A stretch of DNA of 52,427 nt from a virus (IMGVR_UViG_3300038678_000203:1-52427), one strand, 5' to 3'; numbered from the stretch's first letter, positions 26,373 through 36,083 are shown. Notes: generated from the letters alone by a model not told the origin. Numbers and translations are program-made.

Positions 26373-26878
26373 GGTAGTATAACTTTATTTATAGTAATAG
26401 TTACCGGAGCCGCGTCAATATCAGTGCTTACAATAGCCGGTTCTGTTAACATAGTTGTAAACTCCTGCGCCCACACGCGCACATTGTTATTGTTCGATTC
26501 ATCACTTTCACTTGACCTCTGAAGCGGATTGAAATTATCTCCTTCAGTCATTGTCACAGCCCGATATATCAAATCAATATTTACAAGGTCTGTTTCAAAA
26601 GTATCATCATCCGGATTAAGAGAAAATACAGCGTAGTAAATCGTAATTACAACCTCTGAACTTTTTTGCTGCTGAGTTCTATTTTCTTGGTGAGGATGCA
26701 ATTCACTTGCACCCCAGTTTACTGTATTGAGTTGTATCCAAGCTTGAGGAAACCTCTTAGAAACATCTTCCTCATAATCTAAAGTATCCTGCCCGTTATA
26801 ATGCAGAACATTCTCAAGGAATGCCAATGCTTCAAGTTTTGCTTTTATAGCTTGATATATCTCTAGTTTTACGCTCAT
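26369..26878 (-). CDS. Tail completion/terminator (Mu gp37-like)
   Basis: IY.AIK.KL, YNGQ and FP.A.I motifs; follows gpG-like gene. Confidence 0.65.
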   Translation of the reverse strand: MSVKLEIYQAIKAKLEALAFLENVLHYNGQDTLDYEEDVSKRFPQAWIQLNTVNWGASELHPHQENRTQQQKSSEVVITIYYAVFSLNPDDDTFETDLVNIDLIYRAVTMTEGDNFNPLQRSSESDESNNNNVRVWAQEFTTMLTEPAIVSTDIDAAPVTITINKVILP

Positions 26879-27300
26879 TTAAAAACTCCTATTAATAACT
26901 TTTTCAACAGCTTTTTATTTGACTCATCCAAATCTTTAGAATCACCAACAAATTCTCTCTGAGGCATTCCCTTCAATCCTTCATTATGTCTGGCTGCATA
27001 TGCTATGCCTTGTGATCCTATAATTATTTCTTTCCAAGTTGATTTCAGTACTTTAATCGATCTTCGCAGCGCCCCAGTGTCAATTAATATTCCCCGTCCC
27101 TGATTTCTTTTAGCAGTCGTTTGCCTTGCTTGCCATCCTGACTTACTGGCATCAGTCTGTTTTCCACCCTGGCGAAACCCTTTAAGAAAATGATTCAATG
27201 AATTATTCGCCACTTTCTTAGGAGCCGTCCTTTGAAAAACTTTGAACGCTGCCTGAGAGCTACCGAACTGAAATCCTTTTCCTATTCTTTTGATCGCCAT
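26875..27300 (-). CDS. Virion morphogenesis protein (Mu gpG-like)
   Basis: W..R, ILIDTG.LRRSI, YAARHNEG and MPQREFVG motifs. Confidence 0.9.
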   Translation of the reverse strand: MAIKRIGKGFQFGSSQAAFKVFQRTAPKKVANNSLNHFLKGFRQGGKQTDASKSGWQARQTTAKRNQGRGILIDTGALRRSIKVLKSTWKEIIIGSQGIAYAARHNEGLKGMPQREFVGDSKDLDESNKKLLKKLLIGVFK

Positions 27301-28010
27301 CTCAAAGCCCTTTCAAAATCTGGCCCTTCAGCCTTAGTATGTTTAAAATACGGATGTTTATTTTCGTTAAATATATAATCCACTTTTCCGGGATTTACGT
27401 TGAACATTTTATCTGAATTTGCAGGAACCCCTTTCAAGCTACTTTTTCGTCCGCCAGCTAGATTTATCACAGTACAGCGGCAGTTAAATCCATTACTCGG
27501 CATCCTGGTATCCCAAAATGAGTCATTAACCGGGAACGTCAAATTATCCCAATCTGCATGCTCTGGCCTCACCCTTTCATCTGCTGCCGTCTGATACTTA
27601 AGCATCGGAAAATCTTCTTTGTCAGCCTCAAAATCAAGCCACTTATCAGCGTTTTGAGATACTGCAAATGAGGTATCCTGCTCAGTTTTTAACCATACCT
27701 TATTATACTTGTCATTAATATTCTCAGCAAAGCCCCGGAATTCTTTAAATGGTCGCTTGGTACCATCTTCCATGAACACAAAATTATTCAAATCCTTAAC
27801 CTCTTGAAATGTCTTAGCTCCTGAAAATGCTGTTATATTTCCATTATAAGAAGCCATCCGAGCCACTTTAAGATCAGAATCAAGCTCTCCAAATCCTTCT
27901 ATGACAAAAGCCATTATTTCTTCGAATGTGAAAGAACTTAGTTCAGCAGGTAATTTTGATAGTGTTATGCTGCCTGCATATATCCCGGAAAATAATTCTT
28001 CTTCTTCCAT
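27282..28010 (-). CDS. Head morphogenesis protein (Mu gpF / SPP1 gp7-like)
   Basis: WLKTE, Y.TA.DERVRPEH and FW....P.NGFNCRC motifs. Confidence 0.9.
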   Translation of the reverse strand: MEEEELFSGIYAGSITLSKLPAELSSFTFEEIMAFVIEGFGELDSDLKVARMASYNGNITAFSGAKTFQEVKDLNNFVFMEDGTKRPFKEFRGFAENINDKYNKVWLKTEQDTSFAVSQNADKWLDFEADKEDFPMLKYQTAADERVRPEHADWDNLTFPVNDSFWDTRMPSNGFNCRCTVINLAGGRKSSLKGVPANSDKMFNVNPGKVDYIFNENKHPYFKHTKAEGPDFERALRWRSKE

Positions 28011-29138
28011 TTATATGTACTTAACAATCACCCATCCTCTGTTATATGAGGTAGAGTCGAATGTAGCAGTATCAAAATCACCGCTAGTTATTCTGTTTAA
28101 TGATATATTTGCAGACAATACAGTTATATAGCCTCCATTACCAGTTCCCGTTGTCCCTCCATTAAGATCATATTTAGCGGTGTCTAAATCATTTCTAATT
28201 AAGCATTCTACACCAATTATATTAGTATAAGTCAAACCATGAGCGACAGAAACAGAGGGAGTAGCATCCATATCCCAGTCACCGGTAAGTAAGAACTTAT
28301 GTTTTACTCCCCCATCTCTAGCAGCCGCCGAAGCCGGAGTCATATATGTTATAGCATCTGTTCCAATTAAAGCTATGGAATTAGCAGCAGCCCGCTTATC
28401 TGATAATACGCTCCAAGTTGCAGTCCCATCGTTAACAAGAATTATCAATGCTGACTCATCAATTCCAGTCAATACAACTGTAGCGTCAGCTTGAGCAATA
28501 ACAATAGAGCCTTGAGTCCACGCAACATCAATAAATATATATTCATTGTACACAGTTGTATTATCAGGATCAGGAATTGTTATTGTCCAAGTTGCAGCAC
28601 CATTGGCTGTAAACCTTACCCATTTAGTATTATTTCCTATAGTTATATTTGCACTGTTAGAAGATTCTACATCACCAGTAACATACCGTTTTATCTTGTC
28701 GTTAATATGCTCGCCATTCAAAGCATCAAGCTCGGAAACAGATACCGAACCCTGAACTGTTATAGTACCTCTGTTTTGTTCAAGAGTTTGGCGGGGTGTT
28801 GCATCAATGAATGTTTTGTCTCCATCTGCTCTATATGTCACTGTTTTATCAAACGCAAGGAATTCAGTGTCAGAATCAAAAGTTCCAGAATCAGACTCAA
28901 CAATAACTATCTCGTCATTGAGATAAATATATCCGGCAGTCATCGACCATGTATTAGTAGGCGCAGCACCTCCAACAGTTACAACACATCCAGATATAAT
29001 AAAATTAGGATTAGTACCTACTGCAAATGATTTAAACATTGCAAACATAGCATCCCTATTATCGCTTTCAGACCCAAATAATATTTGATCTAATCTTACA
29101 TCAGGCTCACCGCCTGTAAATTGTAGTCTGTTATTCAT
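28011..29138 (-). CDS. Tail fibre protein (baseplate-attached)
   Basis: IISGC....GYIYLN.EI N-terminal module typical of Bacteroidota phage fibres; follows wedge genes. Confidence 0.7.
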   Translation of the reverse strand: MNNRLQFTGGEPDVRLDQILFGSESDNRDAMFAMFKSFAVGTNPNFIISGCVVTVGGAAPTNTWSMTAGYIYLNDEIVIVESDSGTFDSDTEFLAFDKTVTYRADGDKTFIDATPRQTLEQNRGTITVQGSVSVSELDALNGEHINDKIKRYVTGDVESSNSANITIGNNTKWVRFTANGAATWTITIPDPDNTTVYNEYIFIDVAWTQGSIVIAQADATVVLTGIDESALIILVNDGTATWSVLSDKRAAANSIALIGTDAITYMTPASAAARDGGVKHKFLLTGDWDMDATPSVSVAHGLTYTNIIGVECLIRNDLDTAKYDLNGGTTGTGNGGYITVLSANISLNRITSGDFDTATFDSTSYNRGWVIVKYI

Positions 29139-29397
29139 GGTTCTTTATTTTTTCATAAGTCCTTTCAAATATATCAGGTTTACATGGGTAAAACTCTCCC
29201 TTCACTCCTTTTATAATCCAGTCTCCTTTTTTAGCCAAATGATTTCCTTCTAGTGTCTCGATAATAAATGTCTTAGTTCCCATCTCACCAGGCTTCCATT
29301 TAACTAACCCTAACGCTAATATCTGATCAAAGCTTTCTTGACTTCCAATCCACTGCTCAGCATCAATGATTACTGGTTTCTTTCTAAATTTTGCCAT
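29131..29397 (-). CDS. Conserved phage protein (KKPVxIxA...GDWIIKGVKGEFYPCKPDIF)
   Basis: Widely seen non-structural phage family motif. Confidence 0.8.
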   Translation of the reverse strand: MAKFRKKPVIIDAEQWIGSQESFDQILALGLVKWKPGEMGTKTFIIETLEGNHLAKKGDWIIKGVKGEFYPCKPDIFERTYEKIKNHE

Positions 29398-29581
29398 GAT
29401 TTAAAATGTTATGTTTTTGTCTACTATCTCTGTATTTTTCATCCCTACACATACAACAACTACATGGCGATCCATGACTACGAAATGAATAGAAATTACC
29501 TTCTTCACGAGTTAGGTTATAATTTATTAATCTCTTTTTATATTTCAACATTTTAATTTTATGTCTCTCACCTTTATTCAT
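29384..29581 (-). CDS. Small basic protein with PCSCxMC motif
   Basis: 65-aa ORF. Confidence 0.6.
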   Translation of the reverse strand: MNKGERHKIKMLKYKKRLINYNLTREEGNFYSFRSHGSPCSCCMCRDEKYRDSRQKHNILNHGKI

Positions 29582-29584
29582 CCC

Positions 29585-30103
29585 CTAAAAAGTTACAACG
29601 TTCCAATTTTTTGATGCTTTAACATAATTTCTTAACTGAGCTGTCAATAATGCCGACACCGTAATAATAGTTACAGGAATATTAACCGTAAAATTATCGG
29701 CCGTTATTCCTTCACCACTCTGATAGAATGCTATCGGAGCAACTACCACCTCACCACTTTGATAAATCGTGTAAGTAGTTGCGGCAGCTTCGCCACTCTG
29801 ATAGATATTCACAGAGTCAATACCAGCAATATCATTCTCAGTTATAAATATCCTCCTTAGCGTTACATCATAGGTATCATTTAAATACTCTTCAAGTGCT
29901 TTATGTTGCCCTGTATATTTTAAAAAATCAATCGTCTCTGTATTCAATGTTAACAGATCATCTGATATATCCTGAACCGGCGCAATCATAGACCTCAGAT
30001 AAGGAAGTAATTTATGTTCAGTCCCTGAAGCTGTTTCGCGCCAAAACCAAGGAGTTAAATTCTCAACTACATTATCCCAGTCTATATTGAATATGTTAGC
30101 CAT
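29585..30103 (-). CDS. Baseplate wedge protein (gpI/gp48-like position)
   Basis: IDW......L.P, TGQ...LE.YLND.YD and F.VNIP motifs. Confidence 0.7.
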   Translation of the reverse strand: MANIFNIDWDNVVENLTPWFWRETASGTEHKLLPYLRSMIAPVQDISDDLLTLNTETIDFLKYTGQHKALEEYLNDTYDVTLRRIFITENDIAGIDSVNIYQSGEAAATTYTIYQSGEVVVAPIAFYQSGEGITADNFTVNIPVTIITVSALLTAQLRNYVKASKNWNVVTF

Positions 30104-30987
30104 CACCCCGCAGTATAAGTAAGCGTTCCGCTCAGAGGAAAAGCCGGATCAATCAGCATATATCCAGCATTTGCCGTATAAGTCTGAAGGGTCGTAGCAA
30201 GTACATCCAGATAAGAACCTCCATCTGGTTTCCCTTCTATATTCGTAGCAACAGCGTTTTTAACTCCTGTCGCTGCTTGAATAGCATCAGTTAATTTCAT
30301 AACCACCATGTCACCCGCAAAATCATCAGCCTGAAAAGTTTGTAGAAATGCATCTACAGCATCCTCAACAGGAAATGTCGCCGGTGTACTTAACAATGAA
30401 CCATCAGCGGCTAATAACTGCGGATCATATTCAATAGTATATTCACACTTCAGTAAATCTGGATCATTCGAAATAATCGAAATAGAATCACCGGCAAATC
30501 TTTTTTCAGTCCAGTAAGTTGTAAACCCTGCTAATTCAGGAGCAGATAATGGCCCCGCTACACTGGCTGTAATCTTCGCCACTTTAATAACTATTATCCC
30601 ATTAATAATATCAGCCGCTGAAAGATCAACTATCCGGTTATCCGAATCAACAGGGTTGTACGTGAGAATATTACCTATTAAAACTTGAGTATCACCATCG
30701 TCATCAACAAATGTATCTGTCCATACCAAAGCATCACCGAACTGATAAAGCAAGCTCTCTGCTGCATACCACTTCAATACTCCAACAGGGATTTCTAGTC
30801 TGCGCTCTTCAATGTTTTCTGTCTGAACTACAAATAAATCCTCAATAACTTTAATAGCTACAGCACAGATAAAAAATAGTAAATCCCAAATTGCTGTCTG
30901 ACTGGTAGATGTAAGCCCAGCTAATCCTGACTCGGCTTCTTTAGCCGTTACCATTGCAGCTTTTATTTCAGCTATTGTCCTTGCCAT
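30103..30987 (-). CDS. Baseplate J-like wedge protein
   Basis: MARTIAEIK, S.S..AIW, LKWY......YQ.GD, IKVAK and AGY motifs. Confidence 0.75.
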   Translation of the reverse strand: MARTIAEIKAAMVTAKEAESGLAGLTSTSQTAIWDLLFFICAVAIKVIEDLFVVQTENIEERRLEIPVGVLKWYAAESLLYQFGDALVWTDTFVDDDGDTQVLIGNILTYNPVDSDNRIVDLSAADIINGIIVIKVAKITASVAGPLSAPELAGFTTYWTEKRFAGDSISIISNDPDLLKCEYTIEYDPQLLAADGSLLSTPATFPVEDAVDAFLQTFQADDFAGDMVVMKLTDAIQAATGVKNAVATNIEGKPDGGSYLDVLATTLQTYTANAGYMLIDPAFPLSGTLTYTAG

Positions 30988-32275
30988 AAAGCTTGGTTAT
31001 TTTATTCATTACTAAAGACTTATTTTCAGGTTCAGTTATAATAGTCTCATCAATCTCCATTCCTGTTTTCTTTTCTACAGATTCAGCACTTACAGAATAA
31101 CCAGCCTGAGATAATTTCAACACTATCTCAGACCATTCACCAATTGATAATTTCTCTGCATAGTCCCAGCCTCCAAATATTTTTTTGCTTTCAGATATCA
31201 TTCCGATTTTTTTCATCCTTGGGATAAGCATATCGTTAACCACTGACTTTATATCTAGCTTATCAGAAAAAATTAAATCATCAAGTACATTTTCATGAAC
31301 ATTAGCTGATCCGGCGAATGCTTTTTCATCAGTGGTTCCTGTTTGGCTTAAAATTATCTTGCTTATCGCTTGGTCGCACTTTTCGACAAGCGTTCCATAT
31401 ATTTTATGTGGATCAGATGAGCCTTTAGATTCGATAAACTCAACTTGGTCAAGATCATCCATAACTAAATAATCAGCTCCGGTTGCCGCCTCGAAAGCAT
31501 CAATCATGTTTTGCTTTCTTGTTTTATCAGTAAGTGAAGTACGGCCTACTCTCAATGGCATTCCAAAAATAGATGCGTGTTGAGACCAATTGCCAAATAT
31601 TGATTTCCATATAATATAAGGGGCACATTTATTTATTAATCCAAGATCAGTTCTTGAACCTACACGAACTACCCAAGTATTATAAGGATCATCACCAAAG
31701 TAAATTGAATTATCATTACTACCGTGTATGAATGTAGTATTAACATCAATGATCATTGAGTCATAATAAGGTATCTGATTTTCTTCAGGTATTTTTTCCA
31801 CATTGACAAATCGATCATTTACAACACTCCCTAATTGAATAGCTTCCCATCCGTAAAACTTAGAATCCATTACATAGCGCATAAAGTTCCGGAACCAGGG
31901 AAGTGGAAAACCTTGAGGATCGATAAACTTTTTATTTTCTTCTTCATCAATATCACCCGATTCATCCATAATCTTGAAGCTTCCTGATATTGCTTTATTC
32001 GTTCTTGATTGCATTGTAGCAAATAGCTGATAGTCATCAACGAAATCCCTAAAGAACTCCATCAAGCCTTGCCTATCAGGATTGTCAATATCCTCGGCTG
32101 CACTTACGTGAGTTCTCCAATCATCAATCTCTTTAGTAACCCTTTCGAGCTGCTCTTGAATGATCCGGTCAATAGCATTAGCTTGCTGAGGAACTCTCTT
32201 CGTAATATTCTTAAACACATCTAATCTCTCAGCTTTCTTAATTTCCGTGATTTTCTTATCGGTAAGTAATTTCAT
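30968..32275 (-). CDS. Portal protein (DUF935, Mu gp29-like)
   Basis: W.....IFGMPLRVG, ISK.IL.QT.TTD and A.VHE motifs. Confidence 0.9.
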   Translation of the reverse strand: MKLLTDKKITEIKKAERLDVFKNITKRVPQQANAIDRIIQEQLERVTKEIDDWRTHVSAAEDIDNPDRQGLMEFFRDFVDDYQLFATMQSRTNKAISGSFKIMDESGDIDEEENKKFIDPQGFPLPWFRNFMRYVMDSKFYGWEAIQLGSVVNDRFVNVEKIPEENQIPYYDSMIIDVNTTFIHGSNDNSIYFGDDPYNTWVVRVGSRTDLGLINKCAPYIIWKSIFGNWSQHASIFGMPLRVGRTSLTDKTRKQNMIDAFEAATGADYLVMDDLDQVEFIESKGSSDPHKIYGTLVEKCDQAISKIILSQTGTTDEKAFAGSANVHENVLDDLIFSDKLDIKSVVNDMLIPRMKKIGMISESKKIFGGWDYAEKLSIGEWSEIVLKLSQAGYSVSAESVEKKTGMEIDETIITEPENKSLVMNKITKLYGKDNS

Positions 32276-32277
32276 AA

Positions 32278-32994
32278 TCAATATTTAAAAGCTGTGTTAG
32301 ATGAGGCACCGTAGCTGAAGCGTTCTCCGCTCTGTACATTTGGTGTTATAGCTGTAAGATCAGGCATGATATCGCCCTTTTGAACTTTTTCAAGATACCG
32401 GATTGCATTCTCAGAATCATTCTTGTTACCAAATCCATCATAGCGAACCCGGCGAACATCAGGAATATTTCTTGGTGAAGTTTTAGAGTGAATATTGTAA
32501 AGTGTTATATCAATGGTAACTTGAACTATCTTAGCATTGCGATTATCTTCAGCGGTGAAGCTGGCTGTTACACTTGGTAATACTCCCGATCCTGCTAATA
32601 TGCAAGTATAGAAAGTATTGTTTTCTGCACGTAAATCCCATTTAGAGGGAGTGGTTGTTGGCGACTCTCCTGCGGTTGTTGTATCGTTAGCCTGGTAAAT
32701 ATTACTGTCTGTAAATGAAATCAGGTCGCCACTAGTATAAACTGTTGCAGCAGCCCATGCAGTCTCTGACCAGAATACCCGATCATCAACAGCATATGTT
32801 GTAGCAAGTAAGAAATCCTGAACTACTTTAAAAACTATGGCTTCATCATATCTGTGGCGGATATATCCGGCAACCTCTTCAACCGCTGCATCTATAGCGT
32901 CGTCAAGTAACCGGTCACTAGAATTTGTAAGCTCATCAACATTAGTCTCATCAATGAGCGTATTAAAATCATATTTAACCAGAAATTTACTCAT
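32278..32994 (-). CDS. Head-tail adaptor (Mu gp36/DUF1320-like) with inserted carbohydrate-binding modules
   Basis: A..EV.GYI..RYD, DI.LY.IH....P..IP..R..RY and AI.YL..V.KG motifs; CBM5/12-like insert. Confidence 0.8.
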   Translation of the reverse strand: MSKFLVKYDFNTLIDETNVDELTNSSDRLLDDAIDAAVEEVAGYIRHRYDEAIVFKVVQDFLLATTYAVDDRVFWSETAWAAATVYTSGDLISFTDSNIYQANDTTTAGESPTTTPSKWDLRAENNTFYTCILAGSGVLPSVTASFTAEDNRNAKIVQVTIDITLYNIHSKTSPRNIPDVRRVRYDGFGNKNDSENAIRYLEKVQKGDIMPDLTAITPNVQSGERFSYGASSNTAFKY

Positions 32995-33078
32995 TGTCTT
33001 CAAAGTTACGTAAAAAATATTAAAACAAAGATAGTAAATAATTGATTCATTGGGAGTTGTATTATTTCGTGCTATTTA

Positions 33079-33111
33079 GTTGCATGGCGTATTATTTTGT
33101 TGTATGTTAGC
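33079..33111 (+). promoter_or_regulatory. Promoter for plus-strand island 2
   Basis: GTTGCA...TATGTTAGC with the family spacing. Confidence 0.6.
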
Positions 33112-33136
33112 TGAATGAAAAAATTGATAAACACTA

Positions 33137-33367
33137 ATGACTGTGAAAAATAAAATAATAGATATTTTAGTAAAACACCAATCTTCAGTCGACAATTGGA
33201 GTAGAGAAACGAATGCATGTTTTGATACTGAATATTCAAAAATAGCAGATGAGCTAGTAAAATTATTTGCTATGCCTGTTGTTAAAATATGTGATGATCA
33301 GATGAAAAAAATTACATTAGCAATAGAAGCAGGAAAAATAATAAATAATAATTGTGGGCCGCTATAA
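33137..33367 (+). CDS. Hypothetical protein
   Basis: 76-aa ORF after the promoter. Confidence 0.6.
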   Translation: MTVKNKIIDILVKHQSSVDNWSRETNACFDTEYSKIADELVKLFAMPVVKICDDQMKKITLAIEAGKIINNNCGPL

Positions 33368-33376
33368 ATAACCACC

Positions 33377-33682
33377 ATGGCAAACTTTAAAATAGGACAG
33401 AAAGTTGTTTGTGTTAGAACGCATTCGGCAGGACTTATTAAGAAAGGAATCATCTACATAATAGAAACTATAGTACAATGCCCTTGTGGAAAGACTGTAC
33501 TTAACATTGGAACTAATAATCATACATGTTGTAGTGTTTGCGGACATAGTTTCGGTGGATCATTTTTATGTTCAACCCTCTTCCGCCCTCTCCAACACAA
33601 ATACAACCTAATCAAAAACTCAGAACTCATTGAGGTAATAGAAGAGACTATTGATTCACCTGTTAAAGAGCCGGCTATATGA
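33377..33682 (+). CDS. Hypothetical zinc-binding protein
   Basis: FKIGQKVVC, CPCG and CSVCG motifs. Confidence 0.7.
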   Translation: MANFKIGQKVVCVRTHSAGLIKKGIIYIIETIVQCPCGKTVLNIGTNNHTCCSVCGHSFGGSFLCSTLFRPLQHKYNLIKNSELIEVIEETIDSPVKEPAI

Positions 33683-34227
33683 AAATCAACAACAACCTAA
33701 TCAGATCGTTTGATCCCTGTTACGATCCTAAAAAAATTGGAATCCCGGATAACGAATCTCTATCCGTAAAAAAATGGATTGAAAAGTACCGCGATTCTGT
33801 AAAAGACAAAGAAGATATTATTTGGGTAGTATGTCGAAAAGAATTTATGTCTGATCGAGATATTAGACTATTTGCTGTATGGTGCGCTAGAGAAGCGCTA
33901 AAATTAGTTGATAAGCCAGATGAGCGAAGCATTAATGCATGCAATGTAGCTGAAAGATTTGCTAATGGAGAAGCTACAAGAGAAGAATTGGCTGCTGCTG
34001 GGGCTGCTGCTTGGGCTGCTTGGGATGCTGGGGATGCTAGGGATGCTGCTTGGGCTGTTGCTAGGGCTGCTGCTAGGGCTGCTTGGGATGCTTGGGATGC
34101 TTGGGATGCTTGGGCTGTTGCTAGGGCTGCTGCTAGGGCTGCTGCTAGGGCTGCTTGGGATGCTTGGGATGCTGGGGATGCTGCTAGGGATGCTCAAATT
34201 AATCATTTATTAACTTATTTTAAATAA
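33679..34227 (+). CDS. Imm5-like domain protein with Ala/Trp/Asp/Arg tandem repeats
   Basis: RLFAVWCAR.AL, D.RS..A..VAERFA.GEAT.EEL motifs followed by AAWAAWDA repeats. Confidence 0.75.
   Translation: MKINNNLIRSFDPCYDPKKIGIPDNESLSVKKWIEKYRDSVKDKEDIIWVVCRKEFMSDRDIRLFAVWCAREALKLVDKPDERSINACNVAERFANGEATREELAAAGAAAWAAWDAGDARDAAWAVARAAARAAWDAWDAWDAWAVARAAARAAARAAWDAWDAGDAARDAQINHLLTYFK
33991..34195 (+). repeat. Coding minisatellite of 9/12-nt units (GCTTGGGAT, GCTGCTAGGGCT)
   Basis: Directly visible. Confidence 0.9.
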
Positions 34228-34229
34228 CC

Positions 34230-34370
34230 ATGTCAAAAATAAACATCAGCGTAACAATCGATCACACTATTTACAAAGCGCTTAAGAAACAAGCCATGAA
34301 AGAAAATCGGAATACTTCGAATATGATTGAAGTTATGGCTGAGAAATATTTGGAGCTATGGATGAAATAG
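34230..34370 (+). CDS. Ribbon-helix-helix DNA-binding protein, 46 aa, not in ORF track
   Basis: INISVTID..IY..LKKQA.KENR..SNMIE. Confidence 0.7.
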   Translation: MSKINISVTIDHTIYKALKKQAMKENRNTSNMIEVMAEKYLELWMK

Positions 34371-34499
34371 TAATAACCCCTAACGGAATGTTCAGCCTAA
34401 TGGATGAAACTTTTATCTTCGGAACTATCGTAACCCTTAATGGTGAGGTGATGGATGTTGTTGTTGGGATTAATTAATATTCACTTAAATAAATACATT

Positions 34500-34748
34500 A
34501 TGATTAAATTAGGAGTAAAAGCTAAGGACAAAATTACAGGATTTGAAGGCATTGTCTATGGTAAAGCACAATACTTGACGGGTTGCGATCAGTATTGTAT
34601 CCAACCTCAAGCAAAGGACGGAGAATGGAAAGATTCTGTCTGGATTGATGAAGGTAGAATTGAAGTACTTGAACCTGTAATTTCAGAAAAAGAGGTAAAA
34701 GCCAAAGAAAATGGTGGGCCTAGAAGAGAAGCACCTACTCATAGATAG
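34500..34748 (+). CDS. Conserved phage protein (start MIKLG)
   Basis: DKITGFEG.......LTGCDQY...P and W.DEGR motifs. Confidence 0.75.
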   Translation: MIKLGVKAKDKITGFEGIVYGKAQYLTGCDQYCIQPQAKDGEWKDSVWIDEGRIEVLEPVISEKEVKAKENGGPRREAPTHR

Positions 34749-34866
34749 TTAGGTGTGTGTAAATTCTGGGATTGGCTTTTGTGGAAATGCCGTGGGAGTC
34801 AATTGCCATTAACTTTCAGGGAATAAAGGAAGGTTTTAAGCTATTTAATTCGAAACCTAAAAAATT

Positions 34867-35235
34867 ATGATAACCTTATCTGATTCAAAAGAAACAAAAG
34901 CCAGAAAAGAACATCAATGTAATTTCTGCGGAGGAAAGATTGTAAAAGGATTGAAATACATCAACTCAACTCATATTTATGATGGACTGTATCATTGGAA
35001 ATCTCATATATATTGTAATAAATTAGTGCATGATTTAAATATGTACAGAGAATGCAATGATGATGGTGTTACTCAAGATTTCTTTATTGAATCAGTTAGT
35101 GAGAAATACATTGAAATTATGTTAGATATATTACATGCTATAGATTTGCCTATACGCATAAGTATAACTGAACAGCTAAATTATGTTCCATTTATCAAGA
35201 AATTGTGGTTTGTAATCAGATACTTAAAATCATGA
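34867..35235 (+). CDS. Zinc-finger phage protein
   Basis: KARKEHQC.FC...I..G..Y and H..C motifs. Confidence 0.75.
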   Translation: MITLSDSKETKARKEHQCNFCGGKIVKGLKYINSTHIYDGLYHWKSHIYCNKLVHDLNMYRECNDDGVTQDFFIESVSEKYIEIMLDILHAIDLPIRISITEQLNYVPFIKKLWFVIRYLKS

Positions 35236-35396
35236 AACTAAGAAAAATTATTGGCTGGGTAATACTTGCATTGTTAGCGATATCTTTATTTACATTTTTA
35301 ATAATAGCTCATGGATTAGTTGATGTGTTAATTGCGTCAGGGATATTAATTGCTATAATCGCACTTGCAACATTTGCCGCTTGGCTCATATACTAA
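35232..35396 (+). CDS. Small two-TM membrane protein (start MKLRK)
   Basis: Two hydrophobic helices. Confidence 0.6.
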   Translation: MKLRKIIGWVILALLAISLFTFLIIAHGLVDVLIASGILIAIIALATFAAWLIY

Positions 35397-35998
35397 ACCA
35401 ACTCCTCTGCATCCAATTCTACATCACTATAAGCAACAAATGAAAAAGGTACTTCATTCCGCTTGCCTTCTACCTGACTTATGTTGAACCGATCTATTAC
35501 AATATTGAAAATACTAAACACATCATTCAAGAAGAGACTTACTATAGGTATTTGCTGAGGGACTTCGAGAGCAGTCCTTAATACCCTTATCCCTTCCAAT
35601 GGGAAAACATTATCCCTATTCGACACCATACCCCGGCAAGTAATCTGAAAGTCACCGTTCGAAACATATTCCTTAACTGTTCCGTCACGTCCTTGAATAG
35701 GAGTCTTAATAATATTACGTGGTAAGTTAACTTCGAACAGTACAGTGTCTACTATAACCTCTGAGTAGGGTATTTCATTATCTTGAAGGTCAGTATACTT
35801 TCCCTCTGGAAATTTTAAGTTATCAATAACCGGCGTATCGAGATATGACTGCGAGATAGGTTCATCGGTTGGGGCATCAGGAATAAATATATCAGCAAGT
35901 CCCGTTTTAACGCCTTGAATTGCAGCCCTGGTAATTAAGAAATTTTGATTTACTCTACCTGATAGTGGTTCTGGTAGTTTAAAAAGTTTTACTGCCAT
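35393..35998 (-). CDS. DUF6046-like tail/baseplate protein (start MAVKLF)
   Basis: NIIKT.IQGRDGTVKEYVS.GD..I...G motif. Confidence 0.8.
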   Translation of the reverse strand: MAVKLFKLPEPLSGRVNQNFLITRAAIQGVKTGLADIFIPDAPTDEPISQSYLDTPVIDNLKFPEGKYTDLQDNEIPYSEVIVDTVLFEVNLPRNIIKTPIQGRDGTVKEYVSNGDFQITCRGMVSNRDNVFPLEGIRVLRTALEVPQQIPIVSLFLNDVFSIFNIVIDRFNISQVEGKRNEVPFSFVAYSDVELDAEELV

Positions 35999-36027
35999 AG
36001 TGTAAAGATAAGAAAAAAGGTTGAATA

Positions 36028-36060
36028 CTTGTATATGTGAAAAACTTTGCATAGATTTGG
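36028..36060 (+). promoter_or_regulatory. Early-type promoter for plus-strand island 3
   Basis: CTTGTATATGTGAAAAACTTTGCATAGATTTGG. Confidence 0.75.
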
Positions 36061-36083
36061 GGTGAACTTAAAAATGTGAGGTG

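Noticed and set aside
33991-34195. CRISPR array or DGR template/variable repeat
   Set aside because: Low-complexity coding tandem repeat with no spacers; no reverse transcriptase motif or adenine-variant repeat pair seen in the genome
33904-34213. Alternative ORFs 33904..34206 (-) and 33959..34213 (+)
   Set aside because: Shadow frames of the minisatellite
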